DNA from: Cyanophora paradoxa CCMP329
Taxonomy: Eukaryota; Plantae; Glaucophyta
Reading direction: 5' to 3'
DNA length: 64,000 bases
Assembly (NCBI GenBank): GCA_004431415.1
Contig: QPMI01000607.1
Coordinates: 12,706-76,705, forward strand
Shown here in pieces: positions 12,601 to 24,580 of the stretch. The position numbers were made by a program, and so were the translations under genes. The stretch's first letter is position 1. The number at the start of each line of letters is the position of its first letter. The notes beneath the pieces are model-generated. The model saw only the letters and a list, made by a program, of their open reading frames with translations, searched no databases and was not told where the DNA came from.

Positions 12601-15087
12601 CAAGGGGGACGCAAAGGGGGCGGCAAGGGCTTCGCCCGATGTTTGGGACCCGCAGGGGCCCAGGGCTTGTCGGGCGAAGCCTCTTCCGTATGTCAATGGT
12701 GAACGGGCGGATCTATTTGTTTTCCACTCGAGTCCGATTGGTCCGAGTGTCCAGAGTCGCAACCTCCGCAATGAAGGCGAACGGTCTCCGACGTGACACA
12801 GTAGAACTGACAGGCGGCCAACCTCCACTGATTTATTTTCGCAGTCATAGCTCCCCTAAAATTCCGCCCGTGAGCGTCGCGCGAAAATCGCATTTCCCTC
12901 ACGGATCAATTCCGGTATTTATACCCCGGCTCGATCGCGAAACCCCAAAAAGTGGGACCCGGTCCCGCCCGGTCCCGCGACGAAAGGCCGCCATAGACGC
13001 CCCAGAGCGATGCAGAGTTACAGATTAGAGCGCGCACATCACCATGAGCTCGATTTCGGCCGCCGTCGATGCTCCAGTGCGAAGAGTCGGCCGAAATTTC
13101 GACCCAGCCGATCCCGCCCGGTCCCACGACGCGCGCAATCGATGCATTCTCGCGCGCATAGACATAGCACGGCCTGCGCACTCCAGGAATCCGCTTCTCG
13201 GAGCCGGAACAGTGCAGGAAGGTACCCAGCGGCAACAATTCGATCCTGCACAGTCCCGGGCAACTTTCCGCGCGCCGACGCCGCGGCGCATGCGCGGAAC
13301 AATAGCATATGCATTCGAGATGTAGACGAAGCCTTTTGCACGGGCTCCAAATGCGCCGGGCCGCGAGGACCCAGCCGACCCGAAAATTCGATCCTGCACG
13401 AACCTGCACATCTTTTCGCGCGCCCTCGCAGCCCCACGCATGCCCATCGCTACAGTATTCATTTAACATCTTTTCAAAGCCTTCTCCAAGCTCTGCGGAC
13501 GCGACGAAGCACGAGAACCCAGTCGACACGAAAATTTCGATCCTGGACAGGCCTGCACATATTTCAACGCGCCCTCGCCTCTGCAGCCCTGCACATCGAT
13601 CCTTTATACATTCGAGATTCTGTTTAACCGATCTGCAAGCTCTACGCATGCGCCCGGCGGCCTGCACGCCACAATCTCGCCTCTCCTCTCAACACTCTCC
13701 CCTCAATTGCTGGAATTGCCCCAATTGCAATCACAGCTATAACTACCTGCAGCTGATTGGCAGCACCATTCCTCCCCTCATTATATTCTCTCTCGATCCG
13801 CCCCACCAATTTCCCTAATACCATAATTATATTCTCCCAGGACACCTGCTCTCAGGACAACGCCTTCCCTTATTATATTTCCTCTCACAAGCCCTCCCTA
13901 CGAATCCCCTCTCACTCCCAGCCCCACCCATGCATGGCCATCCACTGAGAGCCACGACGGGCCACGATAAATAAGGGGCCGGGACGGGGACCGGGGCGAG
14001 TCATGATTTAGATAGAGCACAGCGAGGGCGGGCCGCGACGGGCCGCGATGAAAAAGGGGGACGCGAAGGGGGCGGCAAGGGCTTCGCCCGATGTTTGGGA
14101 CCCGCAGGGGCCCAGGGCTTGTCGGAAATCCAGATCGGCGACCGAAATTCCTGTAACGTCCGAGAAACGTCCGTCCCACGTGTTCGCCCCGAACTCGTCC
14201 TGGATCAATTCACGCACTCACCTCAACAGTGACATGATGCACTGACATCACGCAACTACCCATCCAATTCCTCTCATGGATCAAATCTCCGGCTTGCATG
14301 CCGCCATATCCAGAATCAATTTCGATCCTGGCTCCCCTAAGACGATCGCTCTCCCTCCTGGATCGATTCCAGTATATCATAGTATATACCACGGTTCGAT
14401 CGCGAAACTCCAAAAAGTGGGACCCGGTCCCGCCCGGTCCCGCGACGAAAGCACGCCAGGGACGCCCCAGAGCGGTATAGAATGAGAGCGGAGGGCGCGC
14501 GCACCGCTGCAAGCTCGATCTCGGCCGCCGTCGACGCTCCAGCCCGAACCTTTTTAAGAGTCGACCGAAAATTTGATCCAGCCGGTTCCGAATGGTCCCA
14601 CGACGCGCGCAATCGATACGTACTGGTGCGCATAGACATAGTAGCACCTGCGCACTCCAGGAATCCGCTTTTCGAAGCGGAACAGCGCAGCAAGGTGCCC
14701 GGCGGCAAACATTCGATCCTGCCCAGCCCCGGACATCTTTCCCCGCGCCCACGCCGCGGCGCATGCGCGGAACAATAGTATATGCATTTCAGATGAAGAT
14801 AAAGCAATCTGCATGCTTTACAGATGCGCCGGGCCGCGAGGACCCAACCGACCCCGAAAATTCGATCCTTGACGAACGTGTCCATCTTTCTGCGCGCCCT
14901 CGCATCCTCCCGCATGCCCATCGCTACAGTATGCATTTGAGAGCTTTTCCAAGCTTTGCGCAAGCTCTCTGGGGGCGAAAGAGCACCAGAACCCAGCCGA
15001 CACCAACTTGGCAAATTTTCGATCCTGGACAGGCCTGGACATATTTCCGTGCGCCCTCGCGAGCGAGCTCGCCTCCGCAGCCCTGCA
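9610..15087. repeat. Complex satellite array with diverged ~1.45-1.95 kb monomers
   Basis: Anchor GCTGATTGGCAGCACCAT recurs at about 10337, 12293 and 13753. Internal 120-bp tandem duplication at 11103-11342 and a ~165-bp duplication at about 12030-12270. Confidence 0.92.
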
Positions 15088-15094
15088 TGCAGCT

Positions 15095-15402
15095 ACACAT
15101 ATACAACGCCCGGCTTTTAGACCTCGGCTAATTTAAATTGATATCGTTAGTATATAACCTGTATTTATAATATATCTATCGTGAATATGTGTGTGATTTA
15201 TCGGTGATTTGTATTTATGTTTTCGTGGGTTATAGCTTCTTTTTAATAAAATATGTGAAATATGTATAGTTTCTTTGATCTTTATGTATATTCTCGATGA
15301 GTAGACTTATATGTATCGTGAGTTTCATTATAGTATAGGTGTGACTCAACTTAGTTTAATTATAACTTGCCTCAGTCTAAAAGCTGGGCGTTGTATATGT
15401 GT
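15095..15402. repeat. AT-rich ~308-bp element with 28-bp terminal inverted repeats (hairpin module, copy 1)
   Basis: ACACATATACAACGCCCGGCTTTTAGAC (15095-15122) pairs with 15375-15402, one mismatch. Confidence 0.88.
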
Positions 15403-15549
15403 GTTGTTCTGAATTTTCAATATAAAAGCGACGATCACGCGCCGTTTCATCAAAAACAACTACTATGTGCTGCATGAAACGTTCGCGCGCACCAGTTTCG
15501 CACGTAAATGTATGAGTTTCGCACCGAAATCGATCGACGACGCACCGAA

Positions 15550-16056
15550 ACTACGCAATTTACCGCAACTACTCAAAGAAACTACGCAATTTAATACCGG
15601 GAACTACTGAAAAGATACCAAAACTACGCAACTACGCAACTTTCTGAAAAAGTCTGAAATTCGGGGTGGGAAAAATTTAGAAAAGTGTAAAACTTGCGTA
15701 GTTGCGTAGTTTTGGTTTCGTTTGCGTAGTTTTGGTTTCGAAATGCGTAGTTTTTCAGGGAAGGTTGAGTAGTTTCAAGTAGTTTATATATTATAAAGTA
15801 GTTTCTTATTAATATCAATATGATTCTATGATATATACCATGATTTCACTACTGAAAAGAGCGCCGGCATAGCTACGCGAGAGTTTCGCACTGTGCCACA
15901 CAGTGGTTTCGCATGGGCACCGATACTTTCTCACTGAAATGCGCGCGGGCGATCGGAGACTACGCAACTTAATTAACTACGCATGGAAACTACGCAATCT
16001 GATCGCTTTTAATACCGAAAACTACGCATTTAATACCAAAACTACGCAACTACGCA
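15550..16056. repeat. Inverted array of ACTACGCA/TGCGTAGT iteron-like repeats
   Basis: Many AACTACGCAA copies face TTGCGTAGTT copies across a spacer at about 15640-15695. Confidence 0.85.
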
Positions 16057-16096
16057 TCTTTCCGCACGCCCTTCGCATCTTTTCCGCATCATCTAC

Positions 16097-19000
16097 GATC
16101 CTGGACGGACCTGCGCATCTTTCCGCACGCCCTCGCGTCCTCACCCATGCCCATCGCTACAGTATTTATTAAACATCTTTTCAAAGCGTTTCGCAAGCTC
16201 TGCGGACGCGACGGAGCACGAGAACCCAGCCGACGCCAAATTCCCCATCCTGGACAGGCCTGCATGTATTTTCGCGCGCCCTCGCCTCCGTATCCCTGGA
16301 CATCGATCATGTATGTATCCGAGAGTCTGTTTAAACGATTCACAAGCTCTACGCATGCGCCTGGCCGCGAGATTCTCAATCCTCCCGTCAACGCTCTCCT
16401 GTCAATTTCCTCAGCGCCTGCATGTATTTTCGCGCGCCCTCGCCTCCGTAGCCCTGCACATCGACAGAGAGCGCATTCCAGATTCTGTTTAAGCAATTCA
16501 CAAGCTCTACGCATGCGCCTCGCCGCGAGATTCTCAATCCTCCCATCCGCGAGATTCTGTTTAAGAGATGCATGAACTCTGTGCATGCGCCTGCAGCTGG
16601 CCGCGAGAACCTCGCCCCTCCCTCAACACTCTCCTGTCAATTTCCTCAGCGCCTCCAGGTCAACTACAGCTAGCTGATTGGCAGCACCATCCCTCCCCTC
16701 ATTATATTCTCTCAGCCCCAGCAATATTAATTCCCCTAATTACATAATTATATTCTCTGAACACAACTCCTCTCAGGACAACTCCTCCCCTAATTCTGCT
16801 CCCTCTCAGGATCCCTCCCCTCCCCTTTAATTTCATCGCCCCGCCAGACCCCACCCTACCCCACCCGGCCCAGCCACGACGGCCCGCGATAAATAAGGGG
16901 ACCGGGATGGGGACCGCGGCGACTCATGATTTAAATAGGGCATGGCGAGGGGCGGGCCGCGACGGGCCGCGATGAACAAGGGGGACGCAAAGGGGGCGGC
17001 AAGGGCTTCGCCCGATGGTTGGGACCCGCAGGGGCCCAGGGCTTGTCGGAAATCCAGATCGGAAATCCATATATTCCCTCTCAGGATCCCTCCCCTCCGC
17101 GGCCGCCAGGCCCCACCATACCCCACGTGCACCCAGCCACCGAGAGCCACGACGGCCCGCGATAAATAAGGGGACCGGGACGGGGACTTGGGGCAAAGGG
17201 AGGGGCGGGCCGCGACGGGCCGCGATGAACAAGGGGGACGCCAAGGGGGCGACGGAGGCTTCGCCCGATGTTTGGGACCCGCAGGGGCCCAGGGCATGTC
17301 GGGCGAAGCCTCTTCCGTAGGTCGATGGTGAACGGGCGAAATTATTTTTTTCCACTCGAATCCGATTGGTCCGAGCGTCGAGCTTGACAACCTCCACGAT
17401 GAAGGCGAACAGTCTCCGACGTTACATAGCTGAACACGGACATTACACTTATTTTTGGACTCGTGGCTCCCCTCAAATTCCGTCCGGACTCCTGGGTCCC
17501 CGCGCGAAAATCGAATTTCGCTCCTGGATCGATTCCGGTATTTATACCCCCGGTTCGATCCATTACACTTATTTTTGGACTCGTGGCTCCCCTCAAATTC
17601 CGTCCGGACTCCTGGGTCCCCGCGCGAAAATCGAATTTCGCTCCTGGATCGATTCCGGTATTTATACCCCCGGTTCGATCGCGAAGCGCCAAAAAGTGGG
17701 ACCCGGTCCCGCCCGGTCCCGCGACGAAAGCGCGCCAGGGATGTCCCAGAACGGTCACAATGACAGCCAAGAGCGCGCGCATTGTGGCAAGCCCGATTTC
17801 GGCCGCCGCCGACGCTCCACTCCAGAGAGTCGGCCGAAATTTTGATCCTGCCGGTTCCGCCCGGTCCCCCGACGCGCGCAATCGATGCGTACTGGCGCGC
17901 ATAGACATAGCAGGGCCTGCGCACTCCAGATATCCGCTTTTCGCAGCCGGAACAGCGCAGGAATGTGCCCGATGGCAAAAATTCGATCCTGCACGGCCCC
18001 GGACATCTTTCCGCGCGCCGACGTCGCGGCGCATGCACGGATCAATAGTATAAGCATTGGAGATGTAGAAATGCATTCTCCATGCTTAACTGATGCGCCG
18101 GGCCGCCAGGATCCAGCCGACCCCAAAATTTGATCCTGGACGGACCTGCGCATCTTTCCGCACGCCCTCGCGTCCTCACCCATGCCCATCGCTACAGTAT
18201 TTATTAAACATCTTTTCAAAGCGTTTCGCAAGCTCTGCGGACGCGACGGAGCACGAGAACCCAGCCGACGCCAAATTCCCCATCTTGGACAGGCCTGCAT
18301 GTATTTTCGCGCGCCCTCGCCTCCGTATCCCTGGACATCGATCATGTATGTATCCGAGAGTCTGTTTAAACGATTCACAAGCTCTACGCATGCGCCTGGC
18401 CGCGAGATTCTCAATCCTCCCGTCAACGCTCTCCTGTCAATTTCCTCAGCGCCTGCATGTATTTTCGCGCGCCCTCGCCTCCGTAGCCCTGCACATCGAC
18501 AGAGAGCGCATTCCAGATTCTGTTTAAGCAATTCACAAGCTCTACGCATGCGCCTCGCCGCGAGATTCTCAATCCTCCCGTCAACGCTCTCCTGTCAATT
18601 TCCTCAGCGCCTCCAGGTCAACTACAGCTAGCTGATTGGCAGCACCATCCCTCCCCTCATTATATTCGATCTCTCAGCCCCAGCAATATTAATTCCCCTA
18701 ATTACATAATTATATTCTCTGAACACAACTCCTCTCAGGACAACTCCTCCCCTAATTCTGCTCCCTCTCAGGATCCCTCCCCTCCCCTTTAATTTCATCG
18801 CCCCGCCAGACCCCACCCTACCCCACCCGGCCCAGCCACGACGGTCCGCGATAAATAAGGGGACCGGGACGGGGACCGCGGCGACTCATGAAATCAATAT
18901 GGCACGGGAAGGGGCGGGCCGCGACGGGCCGCGATGAACAAGGGGGACGCAAAGGGGGCGGCAAGGGCTTCGCCCGATGTTTGGGACCCGCAGGGGCCCA

Positions 19001-21429
19001 GGGCTTGTCGGGCGAAGCCTCTTCCGTATGTCAATGGTGAACGGGCGGATCTATTTGTTTTCCACTCGAGTCCGATTGGTCCGAGTGTCCAGAGTCGCAA
19101 CCTCCGCAATGAAGGCGAACGGTCTCCGACGTGACACAGTAGAACTGACAGGCGGCCAACCTCCACTGATTTATTTTCGCAGTCATAGCTCCCCTAAAAT
19201 TCCGCCCGTGAGCGTCGCGCGAAAATCGCATTTCCCTCACGGATCAATTCCGGTATTTATACCCCGGCTCGATCGCGAAACCCCAAAAAGTGGGACCCGG
19301 TCCCGCCCGGTCCCGCGACGAAAGGCCGCCATAGACGCCCCAGAGCGATGCAGAGTTACAGATTAGAGCGCGCACATCACCATGAGCTCGATTTCGGCCG
19401 CCGTCGATGCTCCAGTGCGAAGAGTCGGCCGAAATTTCGACCCAGCCGATCCCGCCCGGTCCCACGACGCGCGCAATCGATGCATTCTCGCGCGCATAGA
19501 CATAGCACGGCCTGCGCACTCCAGGAATCCGCTTCTCGGAGCCGGAACAGTGCAGGAAGGTACCCAGCGGCAACAATTCGATCCTGCACAGTCCCGGGCA
19601 ACTTTCCGCGCGCCGACGCCGCGGCGCATGCGCGGAACAATAGCATATGCATTCGAGATGTAGACGAAGCCTTTTGCACGGGCTCCAAATGCGCCGGGCC
19701 GCGAGGACCCAGCCGACCCCGAAAATTCGATCCTGCACGAACCTGCACATCTTTTCGCGCGCCCTCGCAGCCCCACGCATGCCCATCGCTACAGTATTCA
19801 TTTAACATCTTTTCAAAGCCTTCTCCAAGCTCTGCGGACGCGACGAAGCACGAGAACCCAGTCGACACGAAAATTTCGATCCTGGACAGGCCTGCACATA
19901 TTTCAACGCGCCCTCGCCTCTGCAGCCCTGCACATCGATCCTTTATACATTCGAGATTCTGTTTAACCGATCTGCAAGCTCTACGCATGCGCCCGGCGGC
20001 CTGCACGCCACAATCTCGCCTCTCCTCTCAACACTCTCCCCTCAATTGCTGGAATTGCCCCAATTGCAATCACAGCTATAACTACCTGCAGCTGATTGGC
20101 AGCACCATTCCTCCCCTCATTATATTCTCTCTCGATCCGCCCCACCAATTTCCCTAATACCATAATTATATTCTCCCAGGACACCTGCTCTCAGGACAAC
20201 GCCTTCCCTTATTATATTTCCTCTCACAAGCCCTCCCCTACGAATCCCCTCTCACTCCCAGCCCCACCCATGCATGGCCATCCACTGAGAGCCACGACGG
20301 GCCACGATAAATAAGGGGGCCGGGACGGGGACCGGGGCGAGTCATGATTTAGATAGAGCACAGCGAGGGGCGGGCCGCGACGGGCCGCGATGAAAAAGGG
20401 GGACGCGAAGGGGGCGGCAAGGGCTTCGCCCGATGTTTGGGACCCGCAGGGGCCCAGGGCTTGTCGGAAATCCAGATCGGCGACCGAAATTCCTGTAACG
20501 TCCGAGAAACGTCCGTCCCACGTGTTCGCCCCGAACTCGTCCTGGATCAATTCACGCACTCACCTCAACAGTGACATGATGCACTGACATCACGCAACTA
20601 CCCATCCAATTCCTCTCATGGATCAAATCTCCGGCTTGCATGCCGCCATATCCAGAATCAATTTCGATCCTGGCTCCCCTAAGACGATCGCTCTCCCTCC
20701 TGGATCGATTCCAGTATATCATAGTATATACCACGGTTCGATCGCGAAACTCCAAAAAGTGGGACCCGGTCCCGCCCGGTCCCGCGACGAAAGCACGCCA
20801 GGGACGCCCCAGAGCGGTATAGAATGAGAGCGGAGGGCGCGCGCACCGCTGCAAGCTCGATCTCGGCCGCCGTCGACGCTCCAGCCCGAACCTTTTTAAG
20901 AGTCGACCGAAAATTTGATCCAGCCGGTTCCGAATGGTCCCACGACGCGCGCAATCGATACGTACTGGTGCGCATAGACATAGTAGCACCTGCGCACTCC
21001 AGGAATCCGCTTTTCGAAGCGGAACAGCGCAGCAAGGTGCCCGGCGGCAAACATTCGATCCTGCCCAGCCCCGGACATCTTTCCCCGCGCCCACGCCGCG
21101 GCGCATGCGCGGAACAATAGTATATGCATTTCAGATGAAGATAAAGCAATCTGCATGCTTTACAGATGCGCCGGGCCGCGAGGACCCAACCGACCCCGAA
21201 AATTCGATCCTTGACGAACGTGTCCATCTTTCTGCGCGCCCTCGCATCCTCCCGCATGCCCATCGCTACAGTATGCATTTGAGAGCTTTTCCAAGCTTTG
21301 CGCAAGCTCTCTGGGGGCGAAAGAGCACCAGAACCCAGCCGACACCAACTTGGCAAATTTTCGATCCTGGACAGGCCTGGACATATTTCCGTGCGCCCTC
21401 GCGAGCGAGCTCGCCTCCGCAGCCCTGCA
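16097..21429. repeat. Complex satellite array (second copy of the 6.3-kb duplication)
   Basis: Matches 9760-15087. Confidence 0.92.
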
Positions 21430-21436
21430 TGCAGCT

Positions 21437-21744
21437 ACACATATACAACGCCCGGCTTTTAGACCTCGGCTAATTTAAATTGATATCGTTAGTATATAAC
21501 CTGTATTTATAATATATCTATCGTGAATATGTGTGTGATTTATCGGTGATTTGTATTTATGTTTTCGTGGGTTATAGCTTCTTTTTAATAAAATATGTGA
21601 AATATGTATAGTTTCTTTGATCTTTATGTATATTCTCGATGAGTAGACTTATATGTATCGTGAGTTTCATTATAGTATAGGTGTGACTCAACTTAGTTTA
21701 ATTATAACTTGCCTCAGTCTAAAAGCTGGGCGTTGTATATGTGT
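21437..21744. repeat. Hairpin module, copy 2
   Basis: Same sequence as 15095-15402 (offset 6342). Confidence 0.88.
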
Positions 21745-21891
21745 GTTGTTCTGAATTTTCAATATAAAAGCGACGATCACGCGCCGTTTCATCAAAAACA
21801 ACTACTATGTGCTGCATGAAACGTTCGCGCGCACCAGTTTCGCACGTAAATGTATGAGTTTCGCACCGAAATCGATCGACGACGCACCGAA

Positions 21892-22515
21892 ACTACGCAA
21901 TTTACCGCAACTACTCAAAGAAACTACGCAATTTAATACCGGGAACTACTGAAAAGATACCAAAACTACGCAACTACGCAACTTTCTGAAAAAGTCTGAA
22001 ATTCGGGGTGGGAAAAATTTAGAAAAGTGTAAAACTTGCGTAGTTGCGTAGTTTTGGTTTCGTTTGCGTAGTTTTGGTTTCGAAATGCGTAGTTTTTCAG
22101 GGAAGGTTGAGTAGTTTCAAGTAGTTTATATATTATAAAGTAGTTTCTTATTAATATCAATATGATTCTATGATATATACCATGATTTCACTACTGAAAA
22201 GAGCGCCGGCATAGCTACGCGAGAGTTTCGCACTGTGCCACACAGTGGTTTCGCATGGGCACCGATACTTTCTCACTGAAATGCGCGCGGGCGATCGGAG
22301 ACTACGCAACTTAATTAACTACGCATGGAAACTACGCAATCTGATCGCTTTTAATACCGAAAACTACGCATTTAATACCAAAACTACGCAACTACGCAAC
22401 TTTCTGAAAAAGTTTAGAAGTTGGCGGGGAAAAAAATTAGAAAAGTGAAAAACTTGCGTAGTTGCGTAGTTTTGGTATTAAATGCGTAGTTTCCGGTATT
22501 AAGTTGCGTAGTTTA
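21892..22515. repeat. ACTACGCA iteron-like arrays forming two palindromic modules
   Basis: AAAACTACGCAACTACGCAACTTT...AAACTTGCGTAGTTGCGTAGTTTT occurs at about 21962-22055 and again at about 22381-22475. Confidence 0.85.
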
Positions 22516-22842
22516 ACATAGGTAGTTGAGTAGCCTTTTGCTTTTCTGTTTTGGAAATTTAGAGGGCCGACCGGCACCGCACCTCTTTTGCATCCGAGTG
22601 TTTCATGCATGCACTAACTGCATTTGCGTGTTGGTGCGGCGCGAACCCAAATTATCGAGGTTGCCGCCCCCAGCCATTTCCATACATGGCCAAGTTTGGA
22701 TTTTTTATGGTGGCGTGGCAAGCTCGCTCATGATGCAGCATTGAAAGGGGTATGTCCCCGTATGTACACTCGCGCGGCGGGCTCTGCTCCTGCACCCGTC
22801 GCGCTCGGGGCGGGCAGGTCGCGGCCGGCGTCCGGCACGCTC

Positions 22843-23770
22843 TCACTCGTCCGCCCCGCGGATCTTTTTGCGGAGCTGCATATCCTTGGGCTGGATTGTG
22901 ATGCTGCGCGCCCTCGGCGGTTACGTGCCCCTGTACGGGGCGCTACAGAGTTTTGGAGGGGGGAGAAGGGGCGGCACACCGCTTGGCATGGATCGCGAGG
23001 AGGTTGCTCCCCTCGAAAGTCTCGATGGTGTAGCTGCGTCTCGACGATCAGTTGCAGAGCTCAGCATTTTGTATACTTGTAAATCTCGCGCACTGCTCGG
23101 TGGCCTCGCGGAGAGCAAGGACGGCCTGCCGGCACCAGCGGAGAGCGGGAGTGTCGGTCAGCCTTGCCTCACGAAGCTCTTTCAGGACATCTTCGGTGAT
23201 CTCCTTGACGGTGCGGGTGAATGGGGCCAGCGCAATGATGGGTTCGGTTCGCTTCTGCCACTTGCGAATCTCTCTGCGAGCGACGGAGCATCGGATTAAT
23301 ATTCACTGAGCCTCCTACACTTTAAACTTAGACAACGTCATGATCAATTGCAACGTACCGGAGGGCAACCGTGCCTCCGCAAAGGCGTGCGCGGTTATAA
23401 ACAAATCAGATATATAGAGATCTAGAAACATTAAGAATGATAGTCACTTTAAAATAGCTATAGTAAGAGATCTAGATCTAGAATGATATCGATCATGATA
23501 CGATGACAGTTGAATCACTTATAGTCACTTTTAATTAATTTAGCCCTTTTGGGTTCAACGGTTACAAGGCTCGCATACTGATCATGATCATGATCATGAA
23601 CATGAACTCGGACCTGGACGGTAACGGTGAGGCTTCTTGACGCCTCCTGCGGCAGGAGCCGCTTTACGGGCCGCCTTTGACGCGAGCTTCCGCTCGCCTA
23701 TGTTTGCGAATCGCTTCCGCGGGGCCTTGCCCCCCGTGCTCTTTTGCGCCGTGTGCTTCGTCCGTGCCAT
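22843..23770 (-). CDS. Divergent histone H3 variant (H3-like tail, CenH3-like fold), 4 exons; possibly a pseudogene
   Basis: Exons 23770-23614, about 23289-23094, 23033-22980 and 22903-22843 give [19 protein letters not shown]...[39 protein letters not shown]...LRW...[25 protein letters not shown]. Introns 2 (60 nt) and 3 (76 nt) are GT-AG. Intron 1 has a GT donor but no in-phase AG acceptor. Confidence 0.88.
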
Positions 23771-23905
23771 CTGGCTAGAGCTTGCTTGGGCCGAAAGGCC
23801 CTGCGGCCTCACCGGTGTGTGCACGCGTGGGTGCTCTTATTTATATATTCGTATACACACGGATTGTTTTTTTTGCGTCGTGCATTTCAACTCAGAACCA
23901 AGAAA

Positions 23906-24542
23906 TCAAGGGGCGTCGGACTCGGATTTCGAGCCGTCGGCGTCCGAGGCCCCGGCGGCCTTGATGCGAAAGACGTTCTTCGGCATGCGAACGAGCGGCT
24001 CGCCCTTGCTGTCGACGAGCTTCCTCACGCGCTCGTCGAGCCGCTTCTCGATCTCCTCGAGCGCCGCCTCGTCGGCGCGCTGCAGGTTGGGGAGAAAGGC
24101 GACAAAGTCCGCCGGGCTGACTCCGTCGCCCACCACGCGCGCGAGGCCCGGGAGGCGCTGCAGGACGCGGGCGCAGGCCGCCAGGTCCGAGTAGGCCTTG
24201 GCGCACACCGAGCGCTCCTCGAGGCGGAGGCCGCAGGCCTCGAGGATGTGGTTGTAGCGCGGCTCGACGCGGTCCCGCCGAAAGTAGCCCCAGCTGCGGG
24301 GGTTCCGCCCGTTGGCCTCGACGTAGCGCTCGTACGCGCCGAGGATGCCCGTCGAGGCGAGGAGGAGGCAGCGTATCCGCTCCCGCCCCGCGTGCTGGGC
24401 CCGCAGGAGGAGGGCCCGCCGCGCCGCGGGGTCCCCGTCGAGCTGGATCCCGACGAGGGCGGCGTCGACGCCGCGCCGCAGCCCCCGCTCGAGCTCGCGG
24501 AGGGAGAGCGTCCCCTCGCTCCTCTCCGAGACCGCCTCTTCC

Positions 24543-24580
<38 letters not shown>

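Larger units (their letters stand above)
9760..22398. repeat. Tandem segmental duplication, 2 x ~6.3 kb (9760-16056 and 16097-22398)
   Basis: Identical ORF sets are offset by 6338-6342 bp. The differences I could see are mostly homopolymer lengths. Confidence 0.93.

Noticed and set aside
15095-15402. Ordinary MITE or Transib-type element (CAC termini)
   Set aside because: There is no target-site duplication, and homology with the 33424 copy extends beyond the inverted arms. Kept as a terminal module instead, though a MITE is not fully excluded.
1-22400. Numerous 60-400 aa ORFs in the satellite
   Set aside because: They overlap in all frames, change with homopolymer length between copies and show no protein motifs. 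They are GC-rich repeat shadows.
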